The notes under the pieces are model-generated. The model was not told the DNA's origin. It made no database searches and saw nothing but the letters and a program-made list of their open reading frames with translations. Source: Camelus dromedarius (lineage: Eukaryota). From it: a DNA stretch of 64,000 nt. The position numbers and the translations under genes were made by a program. Below, piece after piece: positions 41,003 through 53,285 of the stretch (its first letter is position 1; each line of letters starts with the position of its first letter). The stretch covers positions 12,090,001 through 12,154,000 of the forward strand of contig NC_087436.1 of the NCBI RefSeq assembly GCF_036321535.1, given 5' to 3'.

Positions 41003-41136
41003 GGGTTTTTTTGAGGGGCAATGGGTGGTAATTAGGCTTATTTATTTATTACTTTTTTAATGGAGGGACTGAGGTTTGAACCCAGGACCTTGTACATGCT
41101 AAGCCCACTCTCTACCACTGAACTATACCCTCCCCC
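41003..41136 (-). mobile_element. vic-1-type camelid SINE
   Basis: ggtaattaggcttatttatttatt...tgaacccaggaccttgtacatgctaagc..ctctaccactgaactataccctcccc is the reverse complement of the SINE. Confidence 0.92.
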
Positions 41137-41159
41137 AGTCCTGGTTTTCTTGTCTTAGT

Positions 41160-41285
41160 TTTCACTCAAACATCCATCTAACAAATATACATCTAGTTCC
41201 TGCCTGCCACTTTGTAAAGCACTATGGATACAAGAATGAACAAAACAGACATGATTCCTGTCTCATGGACCCCCACTCTCTGGAT
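41160..41285 (-). mobile_element. L2 3' end fragment
   Basis: aacaaatat...ggatacaagaatgaacaaaacagacatgattcctgtctcatgga. Confidence 0.7.
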
Positions 41286-41299
41286 TTATGGTTCTTATA

Positions 41300-41370
41300 G
41301 GATTTCAATTTCCTTATCTCTAAAATGAAAGGTTTCGATTATATGATCTCATAGCCTCCTTCCAATTTGA
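41300..41370 (+). mobile_element. MIR3-like fragment
   Basis: ttcaatttccttatctctaaaatgaaagg...atgatctc...ccttcca. Confidence 0.55.
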
Positions 41371-44300
41371 AAACTTTGAAGATTTATAAGCAGAATCTCT
41401 TTTAGAAGATGAAATACCTAGATTAGAGACATGAACTAACTTATACACTACCTATTTGTAAATATGATACATACATGCTTTTTCATAGATCCTATGTTGT
41501 AAAAATATGACAGTCATATTATGAAAAGTTGGATATGGGGGGGAAGTAGAAAACCAATTGTCACTTGCTAATCAGATATGGTTAAAAGACAATTCCTCCG
41601 AATTTTTGAGATTTTGAATGAAAATATTGTCCTTCCTCATTTTAGGAACCAAGAATTAGGATGATGTTAGGAGACACGGAAATATGAATATTATGTATAT
41701 TTTTGTCAGGTATCTGTAATTTCTCGACGTATCAACTTCACCATCATATTAAATTCCACCCTTTCCTAATATATATCTTACAAGTAGCACTGGAAATGCT
41801 TCTAATAGAAAATATGGTGATATCTTGGCATAACTCGATCTGGTTGAATTAGTTCTTAAATCATTTAAAGTAAAAGTTACATATGCAAGCATGTCTTCAA
41901 TCTGAGGAAACTCTGTAAATTTTCTTCAGATGCTCTTTTACAGAAGACAGTGTCAACCAAGACCATGGTTGGAAATAGCCTTGCAGTTATGAGATTTTCT
42001 TTAGCCAGTTAATCTGGCTGCATAGTATAATGACAGTTAATCCTTTTAAATCTTCTAAAGCACTAATGAAAAGACACAGTATATTTCCAGCTATGTACTA
42101 ATGCTGATTATTCCTGTTGTTCAAAACCTTTAGATGACTCCAATATATTAAAAAGGAGTAAAAGTACTTTTTTGGTGAGCTCTGTATTCTTTGAGCTAGG
42201 CAAGGTGAAGAACTAAAGTCCAGAAATGTGATATTCTGAATATTTGATTCTGTACTAGGGGATGTCTTTGAGGAAAACCATGTTTGCTTTTGATTGGATA
42301 ATCTAGACACAGCACATTCTCAGAGAAAGTGAGGTTAAGTGTATAGAGAGAAAAAAAAATGGAAAGGGTAAAGTGGAAGAATTACTTAAAATCAAAATAA
42401 GATCAAGATAATAATTACATTGTTTTCATTTAAATATAATCCTTATTCTATTATGAGAAATTATCAGACTGAGTGTAGGAGGTGAATCTTGTTTATACAG
42501 ATGTGAAACTGCTGTCTGGGCTCATTATTCTGTCATGACTTGGTTAAGTCATCCTTGCAGAGGAGAATGGTTTGTATATTTGTTAACAGGTGGCAGCTTC
42601 ATGTACTCAGAGACCAATTATGTAAAGCAGCTTGAAAATAGCCAGGGTGCCAATGCTGGCAGAGACTGGGGGGGGGGGAGGGGGCGAAGAGAGAGAGAAA
42701 GGGAAGCAAATCTGCCACATGTTACAAAAGTAATAGGGATTCAATCTTTTAAACAAGAAAGTTTTTTTTTTTCAAGTATCCAGTGAAATAACTCCCTGCA
42801 TAAACATCTATCACATGAAATCCACCTGAGTACCTGGCAGTGATTCTGTTAGTGCATGTGGTAGGAATGAAACTTACCTCTGCTATGTCTCAGTGGTATT
42901 TTGCTTTAGGATTTACTGGACGGGCTAAACGTTAAAATTTGAAAGGTTTTGATAGATCAGTTCATAACCTCGAGTCCTGTCTTCAAGTGCCATCCTTTTG
43001 GGTTGAAACATTGCCTACCGAAGCTACTATACACATACAAATGTGTCTGTTTATTACAGATTTGCTTAGTGAATTAACTAGTTAACTCCTGGAAATGTAG
43101 AGAGCAGATCCTAGAGAAATGGGGGACAAATTTGGTTCATTTTGAAGAGGGTGAAGTGATCAGAAAAGCTGCTGGGAGATTGAAGGTTTCTAGGAACCAG
43201 GGACAGCATGAATGAATGGGACTCAGAGAGCAAAGCCGTGTGCAGGAGGAAATAGAAGCTGACTGTTTTTCAGAGTTACCAGTGACTGAGTCTGCCAACA
43301 ATTTAAAAAACGCTTTTTCTTCAATACGTCTTGGGTTTCTGTACTAAAGTTTCTAAGTTTTGGTGGGGGATTAACTTATTTTATGGTTTAGTGAAAATTC
43401 CTACAAACTCAAGGATGGAAACCTATTATTCCGTAAGCCTGGAAATGGCTTAGGTGATAGTAAACCAGTTAGGAATGTGAAGGTGTTTAGATGATTGTGC
43501 TTTGACCATACTTCTTTGTTTTTCCATATGGCAAAGCTTGTCTTCAGGAAGTGAAAATATTACCAATAATAAAAATGCTGTATTGGTTGTGAGCACTGGG
43601 GAAATAATGAATTCTCTTTGTTTCAAAATACGTATTTTTTCCCAATATTTGTTTGCGATGCGACTTCTCTGCTAAATGTATTGATTTAGTAGAATAAGCA
43701 TCACTAGATTTCGATGAAACAGACACAAGTATGTGGGATACTTAAAATGTATTGGGCATCATTCTGTCTTGGCTTTACAACAACGCTGTGTGTGATAATG
43801 AATCTTTTAGGTTTGAGGGACATCGAGTTTGTGAAGGAGATTTCCTTGTGAAGTATTTTCAAGTCTCTCAGATGACATGCAGTTTCTTTTGTTTTTTGGG
43901 AATGTGATACAGCTAAGAATGGGGATAAACACCCAGCTTCACCTATCTAAAGACGTGATTACTCACCCTGAGAGGTCGTCAGTGTAATCTGCACTCACTG
44001 TTTTTGTGTTGTAGCTCATGTTGACTACCTTGTTAATGTCTTACGTGAATTTAAGCTTAGCCTAATAAGCAACTAGTAAAAGTGCCTTTACTAGACAGAT
44101 ATTTAAATGTAATTTAAGTTTAATATGTATCTTTCTGAATGGATCACAATTTCTATCTATATTTGGTTTAATTTAGATAAATATTTGTAACTTCCTTTGT
44201 TTTGATTTCTGTTTGCTTTTCCAAGGTGCTTATCAGAGTCTCCTGATTTGGTTATTTCTACATAACTTGGGGTAAATCCTTGGGGAAAGGAAATCTACAG

Positions 44301-45764
44301 AATTGAGAACTTCTGTGGCAATAAAATGTTTCTGTTTTTAGAATTTAGATTAGTCAAATATGAATTATGAAAATAGCCCTTTTAAGCTGTCTGCATCATG
44401 AGTTGGAGAGGAAAGAAAGCTGCAAACCTTGAGGGTTTTCAACACCTCTTAATTCAGTATTATTTGTGACTTTATTAAGATGCTACTTACTTTTTTAGCT
44501 AGATTTAAGTAAAACTAGGTCCTTCTGATTCCTCTAGCAGCACCTAGTCAATCATCCCTTCATGTTTCATTAGTACTCCCAAGTCCTTCACTCTGGTTCT
44601 ATCCCATTACTCGTAGTCCAACTTGCCTTCATTTCTTCACGTCTCTTCATCTTTTCATTAAGTTGTTCTAAATAATTAATTTTTAGTTACATTATATTTG
44701 CCCTCTCCAGCCTACCAGTTTGTTAGTATGTGAGCCATTCATTTGAATTCTATCCACAGTAGAAAACTATTCTAAATATGAAAAAGCCAAGTAACAAGTA
44801 CCTGTTAGAGATATTCTGTGTCTGTAACACCAGAGTAAAAGACTCATGCTTCTGGAGAATATTTCTTAAAGCAGAATGATTACAAGTGTTAAAGTATTTT
44901 CCAAAGTAGTTTAAATTTCTCTAAACTGCTAGCTTTTCTTTTGCAGATGCTCTATGTGTGGGAATGAGCATAGTGCACGAAGGGAAAAGGAGGAGAGGAA
45001 ACCTTTTAGGTACCACTATCCTCCCTGAATCTGTTTGTCTGACCCACTGATCTGTTTTAGTGTCTCATGACATGTATTCAAGACCCCTGTACAGCTTAGC
45101 TCAGGGTTCCAGTTGGATTCTGTGATGAGCATACATAGATTCAACAATTTTGGGGGGTAAATACAGAGAATGGTAACAGGCATGTTAATAAATGAAAGAC
45201 TTTGCTTAGGCTTCCAACACATTCAGGATTGGATGAGGCAGTATTTCATATGCTAATGTTTTTAATCTCCTCAAATAAAATGTACACATACACAGGTGAC
45301 ATTTTCCTATCATTCCCTAAATGAGAGGGATTTCTTTTCTAATATCATGATTCCTTTTCCCTATAAGAAAAGCATAATTGCACGGAGAGCATTTGTTACT
45401 TATTTCACAAGAATGGAATATAAAAATACATAAATTATAGGGTGTTCAATCAGGATAAAAGAATAATTTCTACATTGGAAAATAACAAATTGAGGAATCC
45501 CAGTCATCAAACAACACAGAATCCAACCAGCCATGAGCTGAACACACTGGTGTCTACAAATTCAGTAACTAAACCCATCTAGAAAGCGTGCAATATTTAA
45601 AATAACACCCTAGAGGGCATCCAGGGCCTTTCAGCACACCAGGACTTCATAAAGCTATGGACTAAAGCTCACCTTTCTACTCAGTCTCACCTGTAAGCCA
45701 TCTTTCAGTAGAAGGTAGAAAGGCTACCTGAACTCCATCAACAGCTCATTTCTCAGAATTAAAA

Positions 45765-46180
45765 AAGCCCAGAGTCATAGGGAAAAAAAAAAAAATCAGA
45801 TATGTGGTTACCAGAGGCAGGGGTTGGGGAGTGGAGAACTGACTGGATGAAGGTGATCAGAAGGTGGTCAGAACACACACACTTTCTGTTATGAGTGAGG
45901 ACCAGGGTGTCGCACACGGCATGATGACTACAGCTAACACTGCCATATACTTGGAAACTGTTTAGAGTAGCTTCTGAGTTCTTATCACAAGGATGAAAAC
46001 AATTTCCCCTTTTTTTGCTATTGATGAGATGATGGATGTTAACTAAACTTATTGTGGTAATCATTTATTATATGTGGAAGTCAAGTCATTTTGCTGTCTA
46101 CTTTAAACTCTCACAGTACTGTGTGTCAACTGTATCTTAATAAAACTGGAGAAAAGTTGTAAAAAAAGAAAAACAAAACA
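45765..46180 (+). mobile_element. L1 3' UTR fragment (L1MA9-like)
   Basis: gtggttaccagaggcagggg...ttcttatcacaag...gatggatgttaactaaacttattgtggtaatcatt...tatcttaataaaactgg plus A-rich tail; similar to 422-832. Confidence 0.85.
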
Positions 46181-47169
46181 GCTCACTTCTCACAATGATT
46201 CATATCTGTGGATACGGGACAGCACTTACTCTCAATCCTAATTTCCCCAATTTATTCTCAGCCTCTTCTCCAACTTTCCATTTTTCTTTTCAAAAGCACC
46301 AAAACAACTACTATTATGATATATATGTATATATGTGCCTAGACACCCCCCAACACACACTGCGTTCTAAGATGCTTCTACTCCGTTCTGTGTATGTATT
46401 TCTTGCCCACTTTTTTCAGTAGACTTCTAAAGCTCATGAAAAACAAAATCTGATTAATAACTGACTATTTACTGTGCATTAGAGCTCCAACTCATAACGA
46501 AACTCACTTTCAGTTCATTGAAATGAAAAAAAAATTTTTTTTTACTCAGTCTGGAGAGGATGTGCTGTCATGGAAGGCAGCCAGCTGATTCTGCCAGAGA
46601 ATTCTCTCCCCACAGCCGTTGGAAATTTCTCACATAGTGATACTGGTATCTCTGGTGAGGACAGGGATGTCCTGGCTTTAAAAATGCCATCCGTGATCAG
46701 TCAGATTTGGACTATATCAGGCTGTTTACAAATTGTTCTTCTAATATGTCTTCCATGAGTATAACCCTGGGAAGGAAGTTACGCAGGCTAGTAGAAGTTT
46801 CCAGGATTTCCCTGTTCTCTTTGTTTGGCATTTACCTCCATATTTATTTTTCTTTAGTTGCTCTGACACTTGCTTAGATTTCTTTTAAAGTTTATTTTTA
46901 AATTCTTAGCTTAAAAATGTTAGATTGTTAGATTTGTTACTAATTCCCATTTTTCACTTCTCTTTATCAAAGCAACTTTATCCTTTGCTATATTTGTGAA
47001 AACTTTTTTCTGTTTCGTTATCAAACTAGGATTCACCCCAAACTGTTTGTCTTCTGTGGTTTAAGATGATTACACTCCTTATTTCCACATTCTGCCACTT
47101 GTCCCCAATAACTGTTTTTCCTTACATTGTTCATGAAATAATCACCCATCCTTTATTATCATCACATTA

Positions 47170-47310
47170 ATAATAACCATTTATATTTCTGGATGACTTA
47201 ATAAGTGTAATGCTAACTGCTTTGCATTAGTTTACTGGATTTTAATAACAACCCTCTCATGAGGATACCATTGTAAAGATGAGAAAACTGAGGCACGGAG
47301 AGTAAGAAAT
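47170..47310 (-). mobile_element. MIR fragment
   Basis: taataaccatttat...aacaaccct...aagatgagaaaactgaggcacggagag. Confidence 0.75.
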
Positions 47311-48359
47311 GCAGCCCCCATTTTCGGTCGCTTTCCAGTTCACCTGCTCATCGGTTAGATTAATGCCAGAGCTTTCTTTTAAATGGTGATTCTTAACCTC
47401 TGCAACCTCCTGAGGCTCCCTTTCCTTTGCTGGCCCCTCCTGGTCTATCTCTTGCACTGACTTCCTGACATGATTCTGTAGTTAGGCTTAGTTCTTTCCC
47501 AACGTCTCTTCCATTTAAATTGCGAGATCCTTTTCACCTCGTAAATCCCTAAGCTTTACCTGCGAGTCAGGGCTAAACCTGGGGGTACAGAGGCGCTGTA
47601 CACCTGTAAGGGTGCTCTGAGGTGGAAAGATAACTGGGAGCTGGGAGATGAGTCATAACGAGGGTTTTTGTCAGTAGAGGGCAGGAAAACACACTCCCCC
47701 AGTCATGGAGCTTAGCTTTGATTATTGCTGCCTAGAGTTCCTGCTGGGATACATGGCAAAAATAATCACTGTTGATGTTTGATTCATCCGCTTGGCAAAC
47801 CAGAGTTGCATTCCATTGAAGATGTTTGTTCTATATGTCTTCGTTTGCTGTAGGATGAGCATGGGGTGAAGGGCGGGGAGGTAAATGCACTTTGTTGTCT
47901 TTCCATTCCTCCAAACCTGGTGTGAAATTCCACTTGGCATACTTTCTAAAATTTGGCCCGACCAGCACATGCAATGATACACAGTGTGTACAGGAAGCAA
48001 CATTCAACAGAGCACCTCTGGCTACCACCCATGCTTACACAGAAGAGGAAATGGGCCATTATCCCACTCTCTACTTGCTGAACTTTGGCTACCATTGCTT
48101 TGAGGACAATATTTATCTTCATCTCACTTCATTCAAACTACTGTATTGTTTTTAAGGCACAGTATGAGGCAACAGGAACAAAACCCAAGCAAAACAAAAC
48201 CTTACCTACCACAGCCAGACAGCTAATAAGTAAGAGAAAGTAACTTTACAAAATTGGGTATGCTAAACGTTGGTGGTATTCGGACGTAAGGTAGTTTATA
48301 AGATAGGGGTGGATAAATCATCAAGATTTACTCTCTTGAGGGCATTTAAGATTCTTGAA

Positions 48360-48555
48360 ATCATAGAATTTACAAGTGGAAAGGACATTAGGGGTTGCCT
48401 AGCTCATAGACAACTTATCAGTTTTACAGATGTTCAGAATACAGATGTACAGAAACTCAGAATCCAAGGGAATCACCTCATTGCCCAGGGTGAAGCAGCT
48501 CGGAGGGGAGGGGACAGAGCCAAGGCCTGGACGGGGATCCCCGGATTCTCTGACT
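48360..48555 (-). mobile_element. MIR3/MIR fragment
   Basis: tcatagaattt...ggaaaggac...ttttacagatg...agaaactcag...ttgcccaggg. Confidence 0.65.
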
Positions 48556-49009
48556 AACACCCCCCACGTGATTACATGCCTAAACACTGTTCTCCGTGAA
48601 GACTGAGTAGTTATGGGTTTGATGACAGTCAGCTTTTTCTTAACTACATTTAACAGATTCTATTTGTAAATTTTCAACCACAAAATTATAATCTTGTGCT
48701 CATTTCTCTATGATAGAGCACACATCATGCCACTGTCAACTTCATTTTACTAATATGATTTCATTGTAGCTAAATGCTATAATTACTATACTCCTTCAAA
48801 AGAAGTACAAAGGGATTATATCTGTCTGGGAGAAACAGGGGAAGCTCTCACAGAGGGCTTTTAGCTCAGGATTCAAGGAGTGAGGAAGTTTACTAGAAGA
48901 AATAGGGAAGCCTGACCTGTGTAGTTTATGTGCTCAGCGCCTAGGACAATGCCTGGCCCATTGTAGGTGCTAATTAGGAAAAAGCAGGGTTGTAAGAACC
49001 TAACCACTG

Positions 49010-49200
49010 GAAGGAATGAGAGAGAAAGAGATGGAAAGTGAGGAGACAGGGATAGAGAAGTAGACATAGATGAGAGGGGACAGATGGGGAGAAGAGAGAG
49101 AAAAGGAGGAAAGAAGAAGAAGGAAGAAGAGGGAAGGGGAAGGGGAATGAGGGAAGGAAGAAAGAGAGAAAACTCTGAAGAGAGAAGGGAAGAGAAAAAT
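49010..49200 (+). repeat. GA-rich low-complexity tract
   Basis: Purine-rich run seen directly. Confidence 0.85.
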
Positions 49201-50487
49201 CCAGAATGCTGTGGTAGAAGGGGAAAAGCAGCTATTTAAATAATTGGTGACAGAATCACTCTTAGTGAGAACACTGCTTTCTTAGTATATTTGTATGTTA
49301 CGGAACATTTAACGGGTCACTTAAGAGTGACCTGATAGACCCTTTGAGGTTAGATTCTGGAAAGAGTTGGCAAAACAATATATTAGCAGTAGCTGTGATT
49401 GCATTGCATTCAATAAAGAGAAAAAACACAAAAAGTATACGCAAAAAAAGAATAACCTTGGAAGAATCTGATTTTTAATGTATACAATGAAGTCAGTGGC
49501 AGAAATAAGCAATTATAAAAAAATAGCATTGCGGTGACATTTCAGTTCTGCTTGTTCGTCTAACAATATTATAGAATGTAATAATGACATTCTCATCAAA
49601 TTAACATTATTCAAATGTCCATTTAGCCAAAAATATCAAATCATTTTAAGTTGCAAATTTAGCTCACATCTAACATTGGAATGCAGAAAACCTTATTCAT
49701 ATACCTAATGCTCGTTCTGTTAAGTCATAGCTATAGCAGGTCACTTCACGGTGGTCCATAAACAGCAAATGGTTGTTTCTTCGGGTCTGTGCAATATGAC
49801 ACAGTTGAGAGAAATTTTGAAATCCATCAGGTGGATTCCGAAAGAAGCCTTCTGAATTTAACCGTGTGACACTATACAAACAACTGTTCCTATAATTTTT
49901 TTATCCATAAAAAGTAGATTATAATATTTATAGGATTCTTTTTTGAGAATTAAATCAAGTGAGATACAGGGAACATGTACCACAATGCCTGGTATACGAA
50001 GGATGTGCTCAAGGGTAAGTTCTTTTTCCTCTTGCCTGCTTAATCTAAAAACCGATGTTTACTTTTTTATTCCTCAGGGAGAAAAACACATTCAAAAGAC
50101 AGGAAATTGAGTTACCTAGAAAATTTGGGCTGGAGAAGTATACCTCAATTTTTAAGGTAATTTCATTTTTTTCTAGGACTAGAAAATCAGTGCCTAATAT
50201 CCAGCTAACTTTGTGCTGAATAAATTCTTAGATGATTTCTCCAGACAGTTCTGACACCAAGGGACACTGGTCCCACTTCCTTTGTGAATTAGAAACCTTA
50301 CCCCTGGATTCGTGCACCTAGTCAGTGGAGGCACTGGAAGGAGAGCAAAAACAGACCGAAAAAAGCAAAGTGCACGAGAACCGATGCCTGCTCTTACCTC
50401 TCCTTTTAAATAAAATAAATCAAGTCACACAGGCCTCTGCTGCCTTACTGCCCATTCTTTTTAAAAGTATCATCATGAAACACTAAA

Positions 50488-50881
50488 AAGAAATTCAGCC
50501 AGAAAGAAGAACGAAAAATACCATATGATATCACTCATATGTGGACTTTAAAAGAGAAAAAAGAAGACACTAATGAACTCATCTACAAAGCAGAAACAGA
50601 CTCACAGACATAGCAAACAATCTTATGGTTACCAGGGAGGAAGAGGGTGGGAAGGGATAAAATTGGGAGTTTGAGATTTGCAGATACTAACTACTATATA
50701 TAAAATAGATCAACAACAGGTTTCTATGCTGTAGCACAGGGAACTATATTCCATATCTTGTAGTGACCTATAATGAAAAGGAATATGAAAATGAATATAC
50801 ATTTGTGTACGTATGACTGAAACATTATGCTGTGCACCAGAAACTGATACGTTGTAAATTGACCATCAATTAAAAAAAAAA
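50488..50881 (+). mobile_element. Cetartiodactyl/camelid L1 3' end
   Basis: aataccatatgatatcactcatatgtgga...acaaagcagaaacagactcacagacatag...tagcacagggaactatattc... ending in an A tail. Confidence 0.93.
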
Positions 50882-51346
50882 TGAGATCCTATTTATATCG
50901 TTTCCTTTTCCTAAAAGACATTTCACAGAATCTTGTCTCCTCCCTGCCCCTCCTCCCCAAAAGAACAACAAAATAGCACCTATTCAGCCAATGTTGTCCT
51001 GAGATCGACTTCATTTCTGACTATCGAGTCAGCTCAGCGGGAGGTTAACGCCTTGCGAGTTACTGAGAACTCTTCCATCACTGCCTTCCTGGAGGCTGAC
51101 AGTCTAGCTGTCCTGAGCCGTTTTTATTCTAAACTCAATTATCTCCAGGACAGAAAGAGGGTGTCAGATTTCTCACTACAGCAGACAAATGATGCTGAGC
51201 GTTTTCCAGGCAATCTTACAGAGTTTCTGTTTAGGAGCATTCTGAGTAAAACTAAACATATAATATCATGTTTGGATCAAAGTTCCTGGTAAAACTCAAA
51301 CCTCTCTTTTTATTTGTGTAAAAGTTTATAATTAAAAATCAGTTAT

Positions 51347-51471
51347 GGGGGAAGGAATAGCTCGAGCGGTGGAGTGCATGCGTAGCATGCAAGAGATCCT
51401 AGGTTCACCCCCAGTACCTCCTCTAAACATAAAGAAAGAAATAAACCTAATTACCTCCCCTCTCCCAAAAC
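51347..51471 (+). mobile_element. vic-1-type camelid SINE with ~11-bp TSD
   Basis: ggggaaggaatagctcgagcggtggagtgcatgcgtagcatgc...aaataaacctaattacctcccc; TSD aaatcagttat (51336-51346) / aaatcaattat (51472-51482). Confidence 0.92.
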
Positions 51472-53029
51472 AAATCAATTATAGTAACAATATTCATATT
51501 GAAAATGCTATTAAACTAAACACTTTTTCTCCCCTCTGTATTTTTTCAAGTGTGGTATGTAGTAGGTAAAGTGATTTTTTTTTAAACAAAGAAAATTCTT
51601 CTGTTTAGGCTCACTAAACTTCATTTTAACAAACCAAACCACAAAACAACTAGTATATTAAGAATGGAAGTTATTATTAAGGACATAGAAAGAATTTATA
51701 GTGTATTTTTTGAATTATGGCTTGACTTATCTTAATAGTCTCAGAACTCCTTAGATACACAAACACATCCTCTTCCACATCTCATATACCATCCACCCCA
51801 TTGTGAACCATGACCAAACAAACACCTTCTCAGTTAGAATCAAACGATTCACAGCCCTCCATCTCACTTTTTCTTATAGAAGCAAGATCCTATCTACGGA
51901 CAAACTCTACTCCTGGGTAACATGAGGTCTGTGCCACTAACAGCGAGCCTGCAGTCCTCCAGGACATTCTGATCCTCAGAGTCCCCTTACCTGCGCTGCC
52001 CTGGATTACACAATGCTAGGAGAACAGCAAAGTATGGGCATCATTTTCTTATTTGATAAAGTAAAATAAATATCAAATTTTTCAAAATAAATATCAAAAT
52101 GTCAAAATAAATACCAAAACTTTTTTTTTGTAAATATAATAATTTTGACAAATGTATTTATAATTAGTTTCTGGTTTAGTATTAATATTTAGTATTTCCA
52201 GCCCTTTATCCTGCCCTGCTCCTGCCTGGAGTACCAGAGAATCACTTCAACCTCAAGCTCTTATCTACTCAGAATATCCTGTACTTTTTGTTTTACCCCA
52301 TTGGGTTTCCTTCCTATATACTATCCAGCCTCCAATAATGGCCTTTTTAAAATTTATACTGGATTAAAATAGATTAATTAAAATAGAATTATCTCTATTA
52401 GACATTAATTTATTTGTATTATACAAATATTGCTTGAGTAGTGATTTCCTTCACACATGGACAATTTTGGAACGTTTCTCAATTAAATGTAAACAATTGT
52501 CTAAATTTCAGATTTTTGCTTCTGTGCACCCTCTTTCTTTAATGTGAAAGATGCCATGACTTGTGTCTGGCCCTGCGAATAAAACCATGCTGGACTCTGT
52601 ACTCTAATGGAGTTTGTTTTCCCACCAGGTTTCAATTTATGTCCCAGGATGGATCAGAGCCAAATTTTTAATCTCGGTTGCTCACTGAGCAGCCTATAAA
52701 CACAAGCACATACACACACACCCATGCACACGCACTCACACACATGCATTCACTCACTCACTCAGCAAACCGCATCAGAAAACGGGGGTTTAAAGGGGTC
52801 TTTCTGGAATGGTTTTGTTGGAAATGAAATTTTTTCCTTCTTCCTCTCCAAATCCTCCACTTTAAATTGTATTTAAGCATTAAAACTTGCTTAATTTCTC
52901 TTCAGCTTCCATGCCTGATCATAGGAGATACAGACAACTCTCAGTATATCTTCTCTCACTCACCCAGATATTCTTTAAAAAATAATTTTGAACTGTAGGT
53001 TAATTTAAAACCTTTTTACAATGAGGAAC

Positions 53030-53285
53030 ATAGGCAGTATAGGGCAGTGGTGATGAGTGCAGGCTCCGGAATGGACAAGACTTGGGTCATGACTAAACCA
53101 ATTACAGCCTATATGACTGTAGCTCTATGACTAGGACTATTACTCAACCTTTGTAAACCTCAGTTTTCTTATCTAGAAAATGGGAACATTTTAGCATCCA
53201 CCTAATGGTGCTGTCGTATCGATGAACTGAGATTTAGCATAGTGTCCAAGCTTTCAGTAAATGGTAGTTATTATTATTACTGTTG
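53030..53285 (+). mobile_element. MIR, near full length
   Basis: ggcagtatagggcagtgg...aacctcagttttcttatctagaaaatggg...cagtaaatggtagttattattatt. Confidence 0.8.

Noticed and set aside
50933..51292. 119-aa ORF with a few CpGs
   Set aside because: Non-ATG start, no recognisable homology; the opposite-strand exon reading has stops in all frames.
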